NCBI GenBank assembly: GCA_947425005.1
Contig: CANDYP010000001.1
Coordinates: forward strand, 1 to 59,567
Reading direction: 5' to 3'
DNA from: Rickettsiales bacterium
Lineage (GTDB): Bacteria > Pseudomonadota > Alphaproteobacteria > Rickettsiales > UBA1997
DNA: 59,567 nt
Each line of letters begins with the position of its first letter. Within the stretch, counting starts at the first letter, position 1. Under the pieces are notes generated by a model. It did not search any database and was not told where the DNA came from. It saw nothing but the letters and a program-made list of their open reading frames with translations. The position numbers were made by a program, and so were the translations under genes. Below, in pieces: positions 8,119-19,130 of the stretch.

Positions 8119-9384
8119 TTACTTAAAATACCCCAAAATCCGCGCCGATCTTTTCCCGATTATTCCGCGAATTTCATCAAAAATTTCAGATTCAATTCCT
8201 TTTTTATTCAGCTGTTGTTGCAGACCTTCCGCCGCTCTCGGAAGTTTGACCGCAAATTCTTTTAGCTCTTTTTCCAGATGTGCTCTCGCAGTATTGGTGT
8301 CGGCAACGATGCTGTGCCAATGAGCCAAGGCTGTGCGATTCGGATCTTTTGACTTGCCAATTCTCATTGCCATTTCGTGATCTATTTCAGGGTAACAGCA
8401 GGTTGAAATTAAATCATAAAGTGGCGCGAGCCGTGTCTGACCGCTCTTGTAAAGGAAAGAAAAATTTTTGCCGTGAGCGTCGGAGTTGCCGATTAGATAA
8501 TTAAAAATTACGGCGCGCAGAAATTTATATTGGTCTGACGCAGCTTGCGAACTGTGCCGCGTGATTAATTCTTTGCAGGTTGCAATTCCTGGACCGCCTT
8601 CAATGCCTTGATATTTTTGCTCTGGCAGCAATCCCAATGCTTGGCAAAAATCTTCCTGATGTAGGCGAATGGTGTGGCCTTGTGCTTTAGCGCGATCGTA
8701 GCGTCGGATTAGCAAATAAGGCAGATCATCAAGTGTTTTAAAAAATACTTCCGCGACATCAAAGCCAATCTCTTTGGCCAGTTTCATGCAGAAAAATTCA
8801 TTGTGAACAGAGTCGGGATGTCGCGGCATTACTGGTTTTGAGATGTGAGTGCTAGGCTTGCCATTAACCAATGCTGGCAGCGAATTTTTCTTTTCATCGA
8901 AAAAGACGGCGATTTTGCGCTGCGCTCCGGCCAGGGAAAGTCGAGCCTTTTTCTTGCCAATCGCCAGAGGGCTGACTTCGGTTTTTTTAAAAATTTCGTA
9001 AAGACGATTTTTGCTGACAGCCTCTATTGAGCCTTGTGTGTAGCTCGGGAGCTTTTCTCTTTCCGGCAAAATTTCGACAGCTCCGGCGCAATCGCGGCCG
9101 ATTTCGTAAAGCAAAGCGAAGGGATTTCTTTCGGATACTTTAAGTGCGCCCGCTACCAGGCTGAGCTGCTCTCCTTCAGGCAAAAGGCCGGAGAAAAATG
9201 GTTTAACAATATTGGCTTTGAAAGGTTCGGTCTGCAGCGGCAAAGAGATTGAAAGCGGTGCTGCGTTTTTGGATTTTAAATAAGCGGTGTCGTAAATAAA
9301 TGAGATGGCGCCGCCTTTTAAGCTTTGTTCTAAATTTCCGACGAAGATTTTATTGAGATAAACGTCGAGTTTTCTGGCGGTCAT
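8119..9384 (-). CDS. hipA: type II toxin-antitoxin system HipA family toxin (Ser/Thr kinase)
   Basis: 421 aa. Has a HipA N-terminal coupling region (KIFVGNLE...ISFIYD), LSLAGAQRKIAV, and a catalytic region NSDAHGKNFSFLY. It overlaps the upstream HTH gene by 4 nt. Confidence 0.88.
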   Translation of the reverse strand: MTARKLDVYLNKIFVGNLEQSLKGGAISFIYDTAYLKSKNAAPLSISLPLQTEPFKANIVKPFFSGLLPEGEQLSLVAGALKVSERNPFALLYEIGRDCAGAVEILPEREKLPSYTQGSIEAVSKNRLYEIFKKTEVSPLAIGKKKARLSLAGAQRKIAVFFDEKKNSLPALVNGKPSTHISKPVMPRHPDSVHNEFFCMKLAKEIGFDVAEVFFKTLDDLPYLLIRRYDRAKAQGHTIRLHQEDFCQALGLLPEQKYQGIEGGPGIATCKELITRHSSQAASDQYKFLRAVIFNYLIGNSDAHGKNFSFLYKSGQTRLAPLYDLISTCCYPEIDHEMAMRIGKSKDPNRTALAHWHSIVADTNTARAHLEKELKEFAVKLPRAAEGLQQQLNKKGIESEIFDEIRGIIGKRSARILGYFK

Positions 9385-9593
9385 TTGGATTTGCTGATTA
9401 GCGTTACACCCAGCATTTGAGCGATTTTCAAGGCTTTGTCGATGGCGCAGGTGGCCTTGCCTTTTTCTAGATCAACGATGAATCTTTCGCCAACTCCGCA
9501 CAAGGCGGCGAGTTGCTTTTGAGTAAGGTTTTGTGATTTGCGGGTTTGTTGGATTAACTTTCCTAAGTCTTCACAGGAGCTGATTGGAGTCAT
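9381..9593 (-). CDS. hipB: HipB-like XRE-family HTH antitoxin
   Basis: The HTH core is LTQKQLAALCGVGERFIVDLEKGK. The ORF is open to 9704, but I chose ATG 9593 (MTPISS...) because the 5' extension is covered by operator-like palindromes and has no recognisable domain. Confidence 0.7.
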   Translation of the reverse strand: MTPISSCEDLGKLIQQTRKSQNLTQKQLAALCGVGERFIVDLEKGKATCAIDKALKIAQMLGVTLISKSK

Positions 9594-9610
9594 ATTTCTC
9601 GAATTAAATT

Positions 9611-9730
9611 TTTTACCGTACGGGAAGTTTTCGCTAAAAAATGCTGATTTTTTGCTAAAACTTACTGATCGGTAAGAAAATGGTCTCCACGCCGCATTTG
9701 TCAACCAAAACTTACCGTCCGGTAAGTTTT
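9611..9730 (-). promoter_or_regulatory. three operator-like palindromes CTTACCG-N2-CGGTAAG upstream of hipBA
   Basis: Sites: 9613-9627 TTACCGTACGGGAAG; 9661-9676 CTTACTGATCGGTAAG; 9707-9730 AAAACTTACCGTCCGGTAAGTTTT (11-bp perfect arms). Spacing is about 48-50 bp. Confidence 0.55.
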
Positions 9731-9733
9731 GTT

Positions 9734-11221
9734 TTAGCTTTCTGTCGTGTAATTCGGAGACTCGGAAGTGATGGTGATGGAGTGAGGGTGAGACTCGCGG
9801 AGGCCGGAATTGGTGATGCGGACGAAGTTGCAGTTTTTTCGCATCTCTTCGATTGTGGCATTTCCGGTGTAGCCCATTGAAGATTTTAGGCCGCCGATTA
9901 ATTGGTGCAGAATGTCGGAGACTGGGCCTTTGTAAGCTACGCGGCCTTCAACGCCTTCAGGCACCAATTTTAATTTGTCGGAAACATCTTGTTGGAAATA
10001 GCGGTCGGCTGAGCCGCGAGCCATGGCGCCGAGTGATCCCATGCCGCGGTAAACTTTGTACGAACGGCCTTTGAAGAGCACGATTTCGCCGGGAGTTTCT
10101 TCGGCACCGGCAAGTAAGCCGCCAAGCATGACGCAAGATGCGCCGGCGGCGATGGCTTTGGCGAGGTCGCCGGAAAATCTAATTCCGCCGTCAGAAATGA
10201 CCGGAATTTTTGCTTTGTCGCAATATTCCACAACGTCGAGAATGGCCGACAATTGAGGCACGCCGACACCGGCAACGACGCGAGTTGTGCAAATTGAGCC
10301 CGGGCCAATGCCGACTTTCACGGCGTCTGCACCAGCGTCAATCAAGGCTTTGGCGGCCTCTTTGGTTGCAATATTTCCGGCAATAAATTCCTGTTTTGGG
10401 TAAGCTCTTTTTAATTCGCGAACAGTTTCGATGACGCCGGCAGAGTGGCCGTGAGCGGTATCGATTACCACAATATCTACGCCCGCTTCGATTAGGCTTT
10501 CGGCGCGCTTGATGCCGTCGCGGCCTACGCCCGTTGCAGCGGCGACCAATAGACGACCGTCGAAATCTTTAGAAGCATGGGGAAATTGTTTGGTTTTTTC
10601 TAAATCTTTGCCGGTCATCAAGCCAATGCAGTTGCCGCTTGAGTCCGTGATGATGATGCGTTCGATTCTATTTTTGTGGAGCAAATGTTTAGCGTCAGTT
10701 TTGCTGATATTTGCTTTGGCAGTGACCAAATTTTCTTTGGTCATCAGCTCGGAGATCAACTGCTTCCTGTCTGTAGCGAAGCGCACGTCGCGATTGGTTA
10801 AAATTCCTACCAGTTTTTTAGAGCCGGGTTTTACGACCGGAATTCCGGAAATTCCGTAATCTTTCATCAAAAGCAAAGCGTCGTTTAAAGTCTCGTTGGG
10901 CGAGATGGTGACTGGGTTCACCACCATTCCTGATTCAAACTTTTTTACTCTTCTGACTTCGTCAGATTGGTCTTTGATTGAAAGATTTTTGTGAATACAG
11001 CCAATGCCACCGGACTGCGCCATTGCAATCGCCAAGCGACTTTCAGTGACAGTATCCATTGCGGAAGAAATGATCGGAATATCCAGCGAAATTTTTTTAG
11101 TAATTTTAGTTTTGGTGCTGGCATCCATCGGCAAAACATTGGAGAAAGCTGGCTTCAAAAGCACGTCATCAAAGGTTAGAGAAGGGGTAGCGGTCTCGAT
11201 GATTTTACGATTTTGTGTCAT
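9734..11221 (-). CDS. guaB: IMP dehydrogenase
   Basis: 495 aa. Has tandem CBS domains and the catalytic loop [11 protein letters not shown], then GVGVPQLSA, all typical of GuaB. Confidence 0.93.
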   Translation of the reverse strand: MTQNRKIIETATPSLTFDDVLLKPAFSNVLPMDASTKTKITKKISLDIPIISSAMDTVTESRLAIAMAQSGGIGCIHKNLSIKDQSDEVRRVKKFESGMVVNPVTISPNETLNDALLLMKDYGISGIPVVKPGSKKLVGILTNRDVRFATDRKQLISELMTKENLVTAKANISKTDAKHLLHKNRIERIIITDSSGNCIGLMTGKDLEKTKQFPHASKDFDGRLLVAAATGVGRDGIKRAESLIEAGVDIVVIDTAHGHSAGVIETVRELKRAYPKQEFIAGNIATKEAAKALIDAGADAVKVGIGPGSICTTRVVAGVGVPQLSAILDVVEYCDKAKIPVISDGGIRFSGDLAKAIAAGASCVMLGGLLAGAEETPGEIVLFKGRSYKVYRGMGSLGAMARGSADRYFQQDVSDKLKLVPEGVEGRVAYKGPVSDILHQLIGGLKSSMGYTGNATIEEMRKNCNFVRITNSGLRESHPHSITITSESPNYTTES

Positions 11222-11336
11222 GTGCTGCGGATGATTTTGGAGTGAGAAAGGGCTGGTAAATTATTGTCGGTACTTAAAAAATTAAAATCAATTATTAGAG
11301 CCGAGCCCCTAAATTATACTCATTCAAGATTCCCAC

Positions 11337-11768
11337 ATGTCCTCTCCAATCGAAAAACTTTGCTTCGAACGCAATATCAGACTGACAGAAAATCGTCGCA
11401 TTGTTGCCCGCGTAATTTCTGACAGCGTGGATCATCCCGATGTTGAAGAAGTTTTTCGTCGCGCTTCCAAAGTGAATCCGAAGATCGGAATTGCCACGGT
11501 TTATCGCGCGGTAAAAATGTTTGAAGAGTTGGGTGTGATTGCGAAGCATGACTTCGGCAGCAAAGGCCGGGCACGTTACGAGAAGCTTGAAGGCGAAGAT
11601 CATCACGATCATTTAGTCGACATCACCACCGACGAAGTTCACGAATTTTTTAGCGAAGAGTTGGAGAATTTGAAAACCAAAATTGCCCGCGAAAAAGGCT
11701 TTGAATTGATAGGGCATCGTTTGGAATTGTACTGCCGTCCACTAGCTAATGATGCGAAGAAGAAGTAA
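11337..11768 (+). CDS. Fur family transcriptional regulator (Fur/Irr-like)
   Basis: 143 aa. RLTENRRIV...HPDVEEVF...IGIATVYRAVKMFEELGVI matches the Fur wHTH. HHDHLVD matches the metal site. There are no CxxC pairs, as in Irr-like members. Confidence 0.75.
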   Translation: MSSPIEKLCFERNIRLTENRRIVARVISDSVDHPDVEEVFRRASKVNPKIGIATVYRAVKMFEELGVIAKHDFGSKGRARYEKLEGEDHHDHLVDITTDEVHEFFSEELENLKTKIAREKGFELIGHRLELYCRPLANDAKKK

Positions 11769-13350
11769 TTTCTGGAGCTGGTTCATTTGCGATCTGTGGT
11801 CGCACCCCCAAAATTGGTGCAATGTTTTTGACAATCCTTCCCGCCACTGGTGCCGCAACCATCCCGCCCGTATTAAAAGTGTAATTCGGCCGATCAAAAA
11901 TCACGTAGACTAAATATTTTGGATTGGAAATCGGGAATACCGCCACAAAAGACGCCATTGTGGATTTCTCGTTGTAGCCCCCATATTCCGCTCTGTTGGC
12001 GGTGCCAGTCTTGCCACCAACTTCGTAACCCTCAATATTAGCATTGCGCCCCGTGCCTTCCACCGCAACTTTGCGCAACATCTTCAGCATCGTTTGCGAA
12101 GTGGATTCTTTGACGATTCTTTTGCCTGAGGGCTGACTTTTTAATTTCAAAAATGACGGTTTGTAAAGTATGCCGCCATTGGCGATCGCGGCGGTAGTCA
12201 TGGCGATGTGCAGCGGCGTAATAGCGATGCCGTGGCCGTAAGAGATGGTGAAGAGATTAATTTCGCGCCAAAGTTTTGGATAAATCGGGCGGCCCAATCC
12301 CGGAAATTCGGTGTCGATTCTTTTCAGCAAACCAAATTTTTCTAAAAAATCTTTCTGAGTATCAACGCCGATTTTCTTGGCGATTTGCACGGTTCCAATG
12401 TTGGAAGAGTAAGCGAAAATTTCGCCGACCGTCATGTCGTCTTTAACGGCGTGGTCGTCGTTAATGGTGAAGCGTCCGTATTTGATGGGCTCGCGCACGT
12501 TGTAAACATCTTCCATCTTCACCAAATTTTCTTCGAAAGCCATGGTGTTGGTGAAGATTTTGAAAATCGAACCGAGCTCGTAAGTGCCATTGATGACGCG
12601 ATTGAAGCGCTGATCTTGCGAGGCTTCGTGTTGCAAATTTGGATCAAAATCCGGCATTGAAGACACCGCCAAAACTTCGCCGTTAGTAACGTCCATGATC
12701 ACGCCGGCCGCGGCTTTGGCGCGATATTGTTCAATGCCGTTAAGCAGCTCGTCATGCAGCACGTCTTGCACGCGAATGTCGAGCGCTAGCTCTAAATCTT
12801 CAGTACCCAGAGCCAACTTTTTGTCGTATTGCATCTCCATGCCGGCTAGGCCCTTGCGGTCTAAATCGACGTAGCCCACCAAATGGCTGGTGATTGATTT
12901 TTGCGGATAAACCCGGATGCGATCATCTTCAAAAATTAATCCGGCGATTTTTAAATTTTGTACTTGCTCGGACTGGCTCGGCGTCAGATTTCTTTTCAGC
13001 AAAATCCAATGTTTGCTGCTTTTTCCTTCGGTAATTTTTTTGAGAATTTCTTGGTAAGGAAGGTCGGAGAAGATGCTGGAAATGCTAGAGGCCAGAGTTT
13101 CCGGATCTTTAATTAAAATGCTGCTGAGGTAGAGGGATTTGGTTTTGAGATCAGTTGCGACCAGGGTGTGATTGCGGTCAAAAATATTGGATCTTTTGGT
13201 GAGTTTGCGTTGGTCGTAAATATTGCTGACTTTGATTTTATCGCCAAAGGTAACGACAAAAAACATGCGCAAAATTATCCCGCAAAAAGCCAGGAGAATG
13301 CAGACGTAAATGAAGACTAGGCGATTTTTTTTTATTTCGATGTTGGTCAT
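11746..13350 (-). CDS. ftsI: penicillin-binding protein (class B peptidoglycan D,D-transpeptidase, FtsI/PBP2 type)
   Basis: 534 aa. Has an N-terminal TM anchor and the SxxK (GSIFK), SSN (YSSNIG) and KTGT (GGKTGTA) motifs. It is not embedded in a dcw cluster here. Confidence 0.8.
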   Translation of the reverse strand: MTNIEIKKNRLVFIYVCILLAFCGIILRMFFVVTFGDKIKVSNIYDQRKLTKRSNIFDRNHTLVATDLKTKSLYLSSILIKDPETLASSISSIFSDLPYQEILKKITEGKSSKHWILLKRNLTPSQSEQVQNLKIAGLIFEDDRIRVYPQKSITSHLVGYVDLDRKGLAGMEMQYDKKLALGTEDLELALDIRVQDVLHDELLNGIEQYRAKAAAGVIMDVTNGEVLAVSSMPDFDPNLQHEASQDQRFNRVINGTYELGSIFKIFTNTMAFEENLVKMEDVYNVREPIKYGRFTINDDHAVKDDMTVGEIFAYSSNIGTVQIAKKIGVDTQKDFLEKFGLLKRIDTEFPGLGRPIYPKLWREINLFTISYGHGIAITPLHIAMTTAAIANGGILYKPSFLKLKSQPSGKRIVKESTSQTMLKMLRKVAVEGTGRNANIEGYEVGGKTGTANRAEYGGYNEKSTMASFVAVFPISNPKYLVYVIFDRPNYTFNTGGMVAAPVAGRIVKNIAPILGVRPQIANEPAPEITSSSHH

Positions 13351-13380
13351 TTGGTGGGATGGGTCCCGTTTTCAATTTGC

Positions 13381-13465
13381 GAGAAACCCCCCACCCCCCT
13401 TATCAGGGGGGCCTTAAACCGAACTCGATCAAGCCCTCCTGATAAGGGGGGTAGGGGGGTTTCTC
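13381..13465. repeat. GC-rich nested palindromic element, copy 2 (core in inverted orientation)
   Basis: GAGAAACCCCCCACCCCCCTTATCAGGGGGGCCTTAAACCGAACTCGATCAAGCCCTCCTGATAAGGGGGGTAGGGGGGTTTCTC. The core is the reverse complement of the core in copies at 1437 and 59488. Confidence 0.9.
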
Positions 13466-13481
13466 GTCCCAATTTCTGATA

Positions 13482-14688
<1,207 letters not shown>

Positions 14689-14691
14689 TTT

Positions 14692-15303
14692 TTAAATTGA
14701 GGTTAGGATTTGCGTAATTTCTGAAAAAATTTCCTGCGGATTTTTTGTGCCGTCGATCACCCTAATTCGCGGATTTTTCTGCGCCAAGCGCAAAAAACCG
14801 TCGCGTACTTTTTGGTGAAAATCGTGGCCAAGTTTTTCGTAACGATTATTTTCGGCGCGGTTCTGGATGCGCGCAAAAGCTACGTCCACCGGCACATCAA
14901 TCAGAAAAGTAATGTCAGGCGCGAAGCCGCCAACTGTCATTTTTTTGACCTCGTCAATCAGGCCTTCATCAAGACCAAAAGCATTGCCTTGGTAAGCGTA
15001 AGTTGAGTCAAAAAAGCGGTCGGAAATTACGATTTTATTTTGGGCTAAATTGGGCCGGATCAACTTCTCAACATGTTCAAGGCGAGAGGCAAAATTTAAA
15101 AAAAGTTCAGTTCTGGCTTCGAGTTTTTCAATTTTTTCGTCGATTAAAATTGCCCGAATAAGCTCGCCAGCTTTGGTGCCGCCAGGTTCGCGAGTTAGCA
15201 CTGCGTCAATTTTTTTTTCAGAAAAAAACTCGTGCAATTTTTTTGCCTGGGTTGATTTTCCACAACCTTCAATCCCTTCAAAACTAATAAAACGCGCGGT
15301 CAT
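14692..15303 (-). CDS. tmk: thymidylate kinase
   Basis: 203 aa. Has P-loop FEGIEGCGKSTQ, a TREPGGT motif and a DRF motif. Confidence 0.92.
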   Translation of the reverse strand: MTARFISFEGIEGCGKSTQAKKLHEFFSEKKIDAVLTREPGGTKAGELIRAILIDEKIEKLEARTELFLNFASRLEHVEKLIRPNLAQNKIVISDRFFDSTYAYQGNAFGLDEGLIDEVKKMTVGGFAPDITFLIDVPVDVAFARIQNRAENNRYEKLGHDFHQKVRDGFLRLAQKNPRIRVIDGTKNPQEIFSEITQILTSI

Positions 15304-15305
15304 TT

Positions 15306-16073
15306 ATGCAAAATCCAAAAAATATTTTAATTACAGGTGCTGGAAGTGGAATCGGACGAGCCCTTGCGGTTGCTTACTCGAAAGCTGGTGTGAATTTATT
15401 TTTGTGCGGGCGAGATTTGGAAAAATTATCGTGCACAAAAATTCTGTGTGAGGAATTAAAAGCAAACGTTCTTTTGGAAATTTTGGACGTTTGCGACGAG
15501 GCGGCGACGAAAAAATGGGTCGAAAAAATTGATCAAAGTTACGAGTTGGATTTGGTAATTGCCAACGCCGGAATTTCAGCGGGAACGGCGGGCGGCACAG
15601 AATCTTTGGCGCAGGTGAAGAAGATTTTTGCGACTAACTTGGATGGCGTGATCAATGTGATTCATCCGGCAATTGAGAAGATGAAGTTAAGGGGAAGCGG
15701 GCAGATCGCGTTGCTGTCGTCGCTTGCCGGCTTTCGGGGCTTGCCAAGTTCTCCAGCTTATTCGGCGAGCAAATCAGCGGTGCGAGTTTACGCTGAAGCT
15801 TTACGAGGAAATCTCGCGGCGCTTGGAATTGAGGTGAGCGCCATTTGCCCGGGCTACGTCAAAACCCCAATGACCGACGTGAATGATTTTCCAATGCCGT
15901 TTTTGATGAAGGTCGAAAGATGTGCTGAAATCATTAAAGACGGGCTGGCAAAAAATAAATCGCGAATCGCTTTTCCCTTCCCGCTTTATTTCGTGGTCTG
16001 GTTGGCGACTTTGCTTTCGACCAAAATTACTGATCCGATTTTTGCGAAATTACCGGGGAAGAAGGCGCTTTAA
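15306..16073 (+). CDS. SDR family oxidoreductase
   Basis: TGAGSGIGRALA cofactor motif, NAG, and catalytic YSASK. Confidence 0.85.
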   Translation: MQNPKNILITGAGSGIGRALAVAYSKAGVNLFLCGRDLEKLSCTKILCEELKANVLLEILDVCDEAATKKWVEKIDQSYELDLVIANAGISAGTAGGTESLAQVKKIFATNLDGVINVIHPAIEKMKLRGSGQIALLSSLAGFRGLPSSPAYSASKSAVRVYAEALRGNLAALGIEVSAICPGYVKTPMTDVNDFPMPFLMKVERCAEIIKDGLAKNKSRIAFPFPLYFVVWLATLLSTKITDPIFAKLPGKKAL

Positions 16074-16096
16074 TGCGTGCTCTAAAATTTGCGCAA

Positions 16097-16128
16097 TAAA
16101 AAAGGGAGCCTTTGAGGCTCCCTTTTTA
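16097..16128. terminator. bidirectional rho-independent terminator between the SDR gene and rplY
   Basis: AAAAAAGGGAGCC-TTTGA-GGCTCCCTTTTT. A 7-bp GC stem is flanked by an A-run and a T-run, between convergent genes. Confidence 0.8.
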
Positions 16129-16148
16129 AATAGATCTTGCAGATCAAA

Positions 16149-16820
16149 TTATTTTTTAGCTGCTGGTTTAGCTGCTGCCGGAGCTTTAGCTGCACCTGCT
16201 GCCGGAGTTGCTGCCGGAGCACCACCCGCTGCTGCGGCTTCCTCAGCATCAGTCTTAGAAGCTCTACCAACAATGGAGGCGATTAAAAATTTACCAGCTT
16301 TGTTGGCAAGAGTAACACCAGCTGGAAGCACTAAATTAGCGCCTCTGACTTTATGACCAACTAACATTGAGCCGACGTCAACGTCAATTTTTTCTGGAAC
16401 GCTTTTTATGTTTTCACAAAGAACCGAAACTTTTCTAAGAACGATGTTCAAAAGGGCGCCTCTTTTTAAACCAGGAGATTTGTCTTGGTTTACAAAATTA
16501 ATTTTTGGCTGCGCTTTAATTGATTTGGCTTCGTCGCAATTCAGGAAGTCAATGTGGATTGGGTGGTCAGAAACTGGATCTAACTCAATTTTGTGAGCGA
16601 TCACTTTAATTTTTTTGCCTTCAAGGTCTAGATCAAGAACTGTAGTTTGGCAGTTTCCTTTGTAGTATTCGTGTTCAAATTCTTTGGCGTCAACTGTGAG
16701 GTTGATATTGCCTTTGGCCCCGTAAATAACGGCTGGGATTCTGCCGGCTCTTTTGATTTTTTTTGCTTTTAGAGTGCCAAGTTGGTCTCTTTTTTCAGCT
16801 TTCAACACAAGATTAGTCAT
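16149..16820 (-). CDS. rplY: 50S ribosomal protein L25 / general stress protein Ctc with an Ala/Pro/Lys-rich tail
   Basis: 223 aa. R.G.IPAVIYG and the beta-barrel region are typical of L25/Ctc. The C-terminal low-complexity tail is AEEAAAAGGAPAATPAAGAAKAPAAAKPAAKK. Confidence 0.88.
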   Translation of the reverse strand: MTNLVLKAEKRDQLGTLKAKKIKRAGRIPAVIYGAKGNINLTVDAKEFEHEYYKGNCQTTVLDLDLEGKKIKVIAHKIELDPVSDHPIHIDFLNCDEAKSIKAQPKINFVNQDKSPGLKRGALLNIVLRKVSVLCENIKSVPEKIDVDVGSMLVGHKVRGANLVLPAGVTLANKAGKFLIASIVGRASKTDAEEAAAAGGAPAATPAAGAAKAPAAAKPAAKK

Positions 16821-16975
16821 TAAGACTCCTACAGAAATTATTTAAAAATGAGGGGAAGATCAGGAATTGGAGCGGCCATCGAAACAGAAGAATGCAACTT
16901 CGCCAGCCCCAAAAGAGCGCGGCAATCTAGGAATCGAACAACAAGAATCAAGATCTTTTAACGCGCAAAGAAAGA

Positions 16976-17443
16976 TTATTTTTCAGCCCCTTTCAAGGCT
17001 TCCAACACTTCTTCAACGTGACCGTTTACTTTTACCGAGTTCCAGATTTTAACGATTTTGCCGACTTTGTTAATCAAGAAAGTGCTTCTGTCGATGCCCA
17101 GGTATTTTTTGCCGAACATCGATTTTTCTTTGATGACGTCGTAATTGGCGCAGGTTTCGCCACTAACGTCAGCCAGTAAATTGAAGGCTAAATTATATTT
17201 TTCGATGAAGTTGCAATGGCTTTTGATGCTGTCTTTTGAAATGCCTAAAACTACACAATCGAGCTTTTCAAATTCTTTAATTTTTTTGGTGAAGTCTTGT
17301 GCTTCAATGGTGCAGCCTGGGGTGTCATCTTTTGGATAAAAATACAAAACGACATTTTTACCTTTAAGATCGGACAAAGAGATGTCGCCTTCGTCACTGG
17401 CTAGAGAGAATAGCGGAGCAGATTTTCCGATTTCTAATTTCAT
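16976..17443 (-). CDS. bcp: thioredoxin-dependent thiol peroxidase (peroxiredoxin Bcp)
   Basis: YFYPKDDTPGCT peroxidatic Cys motif. The ORF is open to 17512, but ATG 17443 (MKLEIGKSAPLF) gives the usual ~155 aa. Confidence 0.85.
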   Translation of the reverse strand: MKLEIGKSAPLFSLASDEGDISLSDLKGKNVVLYFYPKDDTPGCTIEAQDFTKKIKEFEKLDCVVLGISKDSIKSHCNFIEKYNLAFNLLADVSGETCANYDVIKEKSMFGKKYLGIDRSTFLINKVGKIVKIWNSVKVNGHVEEVLEALKGAEK

Positions 17444-17512
17444 AAATTTTCTAAATTTGTTGCCAACTCTCCGAACTGTCAACCCGTCGAATGACGGGGT
17501 CTCCGAATTCAA

Positions 17513-18124
17513 TTATTCTGCTTTCCCAGCTTTAGCAGGCTTCTTAGCCGCTTTAACTTCTTTCACTTTTTTCTTCGGTTTTTCGATTTCTTTTTCGAGT
17601 GGCTTAATGTGAGCAATTACATCGTTAAATTGCGATTGGCTGCACAGGCCTAAAAGCACAACGTCGCGGGGTTTGATATTTTTTAAATTCCAGTGGGTGC
17701 GGCTTCTGATGGAGTCGATCATTTTGTCGGTGGTGCCAACCAATTTTTTGATTTGGGCGTTGGAAATGTCGGGGAAATATTTGAGCAAGTAAACGATGCC
17801 GTCGGGCTTGTCTTGTCGTCTGGCGATTGGCGTGTATTTGCCGACTTTTTTGCTGACCGGTTTGACGTCACTTGTAACCGATCTTTTAAGCGCCAAAACT
17901 GCCTCAGGATTTTTTTCGCAGCGGGCAATTTCTTCGTGAGAAAGTTGGCCAGAAAGAAATGGATTTTGCCCCAAAATGCCCGAAGCCACGTCGCCATCAG
18001 CAATGCCCTGAACTTCTAATTCGTGTAGGCCGCAAAAAGTTGCAATTTGAGCAAAGGTAAGGGAAGTATTTTCAACCAACCAAACGGCAGTTGCTTTACG
18101 CATTAAAGGTAATTCTTGAGTCAT
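17513..18124 (-). CDS. DUF1013 domain protein (TrcR-like cell-cycle regulator family) with a Lys-rich tail
   Basis: MRKATAVWLVENTSLTFAQIATFCGLHELEVQGIADGDVA is characteristic of the alphaproteobacterial DUF1013 family. Confidence 0.75.
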   Translation of the reverse strand: MTQELPLMRKATAVWLVENTSLTFAQIATFCGLHELEVQGIADGDVASGILGQNPFLSGQLSHEEIARCEKNPEAVLALKRSVTSDVKPVSKKVGKYTPIARRQDKPDGIVYLLKYFPDISNAQIKKLVGTTDKMIDSIRSRTHWNLKNIKPRDVVLLGLCSQSQFNDVIAHIKPLEKEIEKPKKKVKEVKAAKKPAKAGKAE

Positions 18125-18226
18125 AAATCTGTAAATTTTTGGGAGGGAAATCGGAGGAATTCGAAATGAAATGTTGGTGCTTTTTTACGAAGAGCGCCAA
18201 ATAAAAGCAAGCAAACTTTCTAAATT

Positions 18227-18997
18227 ATGTTGATCCTACTCTCGCCTGCAAAATCACTGGATTACAAATCACCAATTTTTCACCAAAATTTTACGATTCC
18301 GCATTTCAAAAAAGAGACCAAAAAACTGGCTTTTGAGCTCAAAAAATTTCCCGCTTCTGATCTAGAAAAATTAATGGGAATTAGCGCAAAATTAGCGGAA
18401 TTAAATTTTGCAAGATTCCAAAATTTTTCACCAAAATTTGATTTAAAAAATTCTAAACAGGCTTTGTTGGTCTTTGACGGTGACGTTTACAAACCGATTG
18501 AAAAAGCGAAATTTAGCGCGGCAGATTTTGAATTTGCGCAGAAAAATTTACGTATTTTGTCTGGATTTTACGGGCTGTTGCGGCCTCTGGACCTAATGCA
18601 GCCCTACCGCTTGGAAATGGGAACTGATTTTAAAAAAACTGATTTCGGTGCCAAAAATCTTTACCAATTTTGGGGAGACAAAATTTCGCAGCGTCTCAAT
18701 GAAGAGTGCGCGGAATCTGGCGCAAAGCACATTATTAATCTTGCTTCGGAAGAATATTTTGCCGCGGTGAATCCGCAAAAAATCTCGGCGAAAATTACCA
18801 ACATCATTTTCAAAGAAAATAAAAACGGCGTTTACAAAATTGTTGGAATCAACGCCAAGAAGGCGCGCGGGCTGATGACGAATTTTATTGTGCAGAATAA
18901 AATTTCAGATCCGCAGGATTTAAAAAACTTTTCTCTCGAGAAATATTGCTTCGCGAAAGAGTTGTCGGATGCGCAGAATTTTACTTTTACTAAATGA
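18227..18997 (+). CDS. yaaA: peroxide stress protein YaaA (UPF0246)
   Basis: MLILLSPAKSLDY N-terminus plus the FDGDVY, LRILSGFYGLLRPLD and YRLEMG motifs. Confidence 0.88.
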   Translation: MLILLSPAKSLDYKSPIFHQNFTIPHFKKETKKLAFELKKFPASDLEKLMGISAKLAELNFARFQNFSPKFDLKNSKQALLVFDGDVYKPIEKAKFSAADFEFAQKNLRILSGFYGLLRPLDLMQPYRLEMGTDFKKTDFGAKNLYQFWGDKISQRLNEECAESGAKHIINLASEEYFAAVNPQKISAKITNIIFKENKNGVYKIVGINAKKARGLMTNFIVQNKISDPQDLKNFSLEKYCFAKELSDAQNFTFTK

Positions 18998-19115
18998 GTT
19001 TGTGCCTGGGATGAGAAACCCCCCTACTCCCCTTATCAGGGGGGCTTAACCCGAGCTCGGTTTAAGTCCCCCTGACAAGGGGGGTAGGGGGGGGTTTCTC
19101 GTCACAGGCACAAAC
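18998..19115. repeat. GC-rich nested palindromic element, copy 3 (longest, with extended GTTTGTGCC / GGCACAAAC arms)
   Basis: It begins directly after the yaaA stop: GTTTGTGCCTGGGATGAGAAACCCCCCTACTCCCCTTATCAGGGGGGCTTAACCCGAGCTCGGTTTAAGTCCCCCTGACAAGGGGGGTAGGGGGGGGTTTCTCGTCACAGGCACAAAC. Confidence 0.9.
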
Positions 19116-19130
19116 CAAAACCAAATTAAA

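Noticed and set aside
11270-11300. AT-rich AAAATCAATTATTAG upstream of the fur-family gene, as a possible Fur box.
   Set aside because: It only partially resembles the GATAATGATAATCATTATC consensus. In an AT-rich intergenic region this is expected by chance.
16149-16240. GCTGC-rich low-complexity DNA at the rplY 3' end, as a possible repeat element.
   Set aside because: It is in frame and encodes the Ala/Pro/Lys-rich C-terminal tail common in alphaproteobacterial L25/Ctc proteins. It is a compositional feature, not a separate one.
16925-16975. tRNA-like fragment (GGAATCGAAC T-loop-like string and GCGCG...CGCGC ends) in the rplY-bcp gap.
   Set aside because: No complementary T-stem, no D-arm and no anticodon arm can be drawn. 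At best it is a decayed remnant, and it is not supportable as a tRNA gene.
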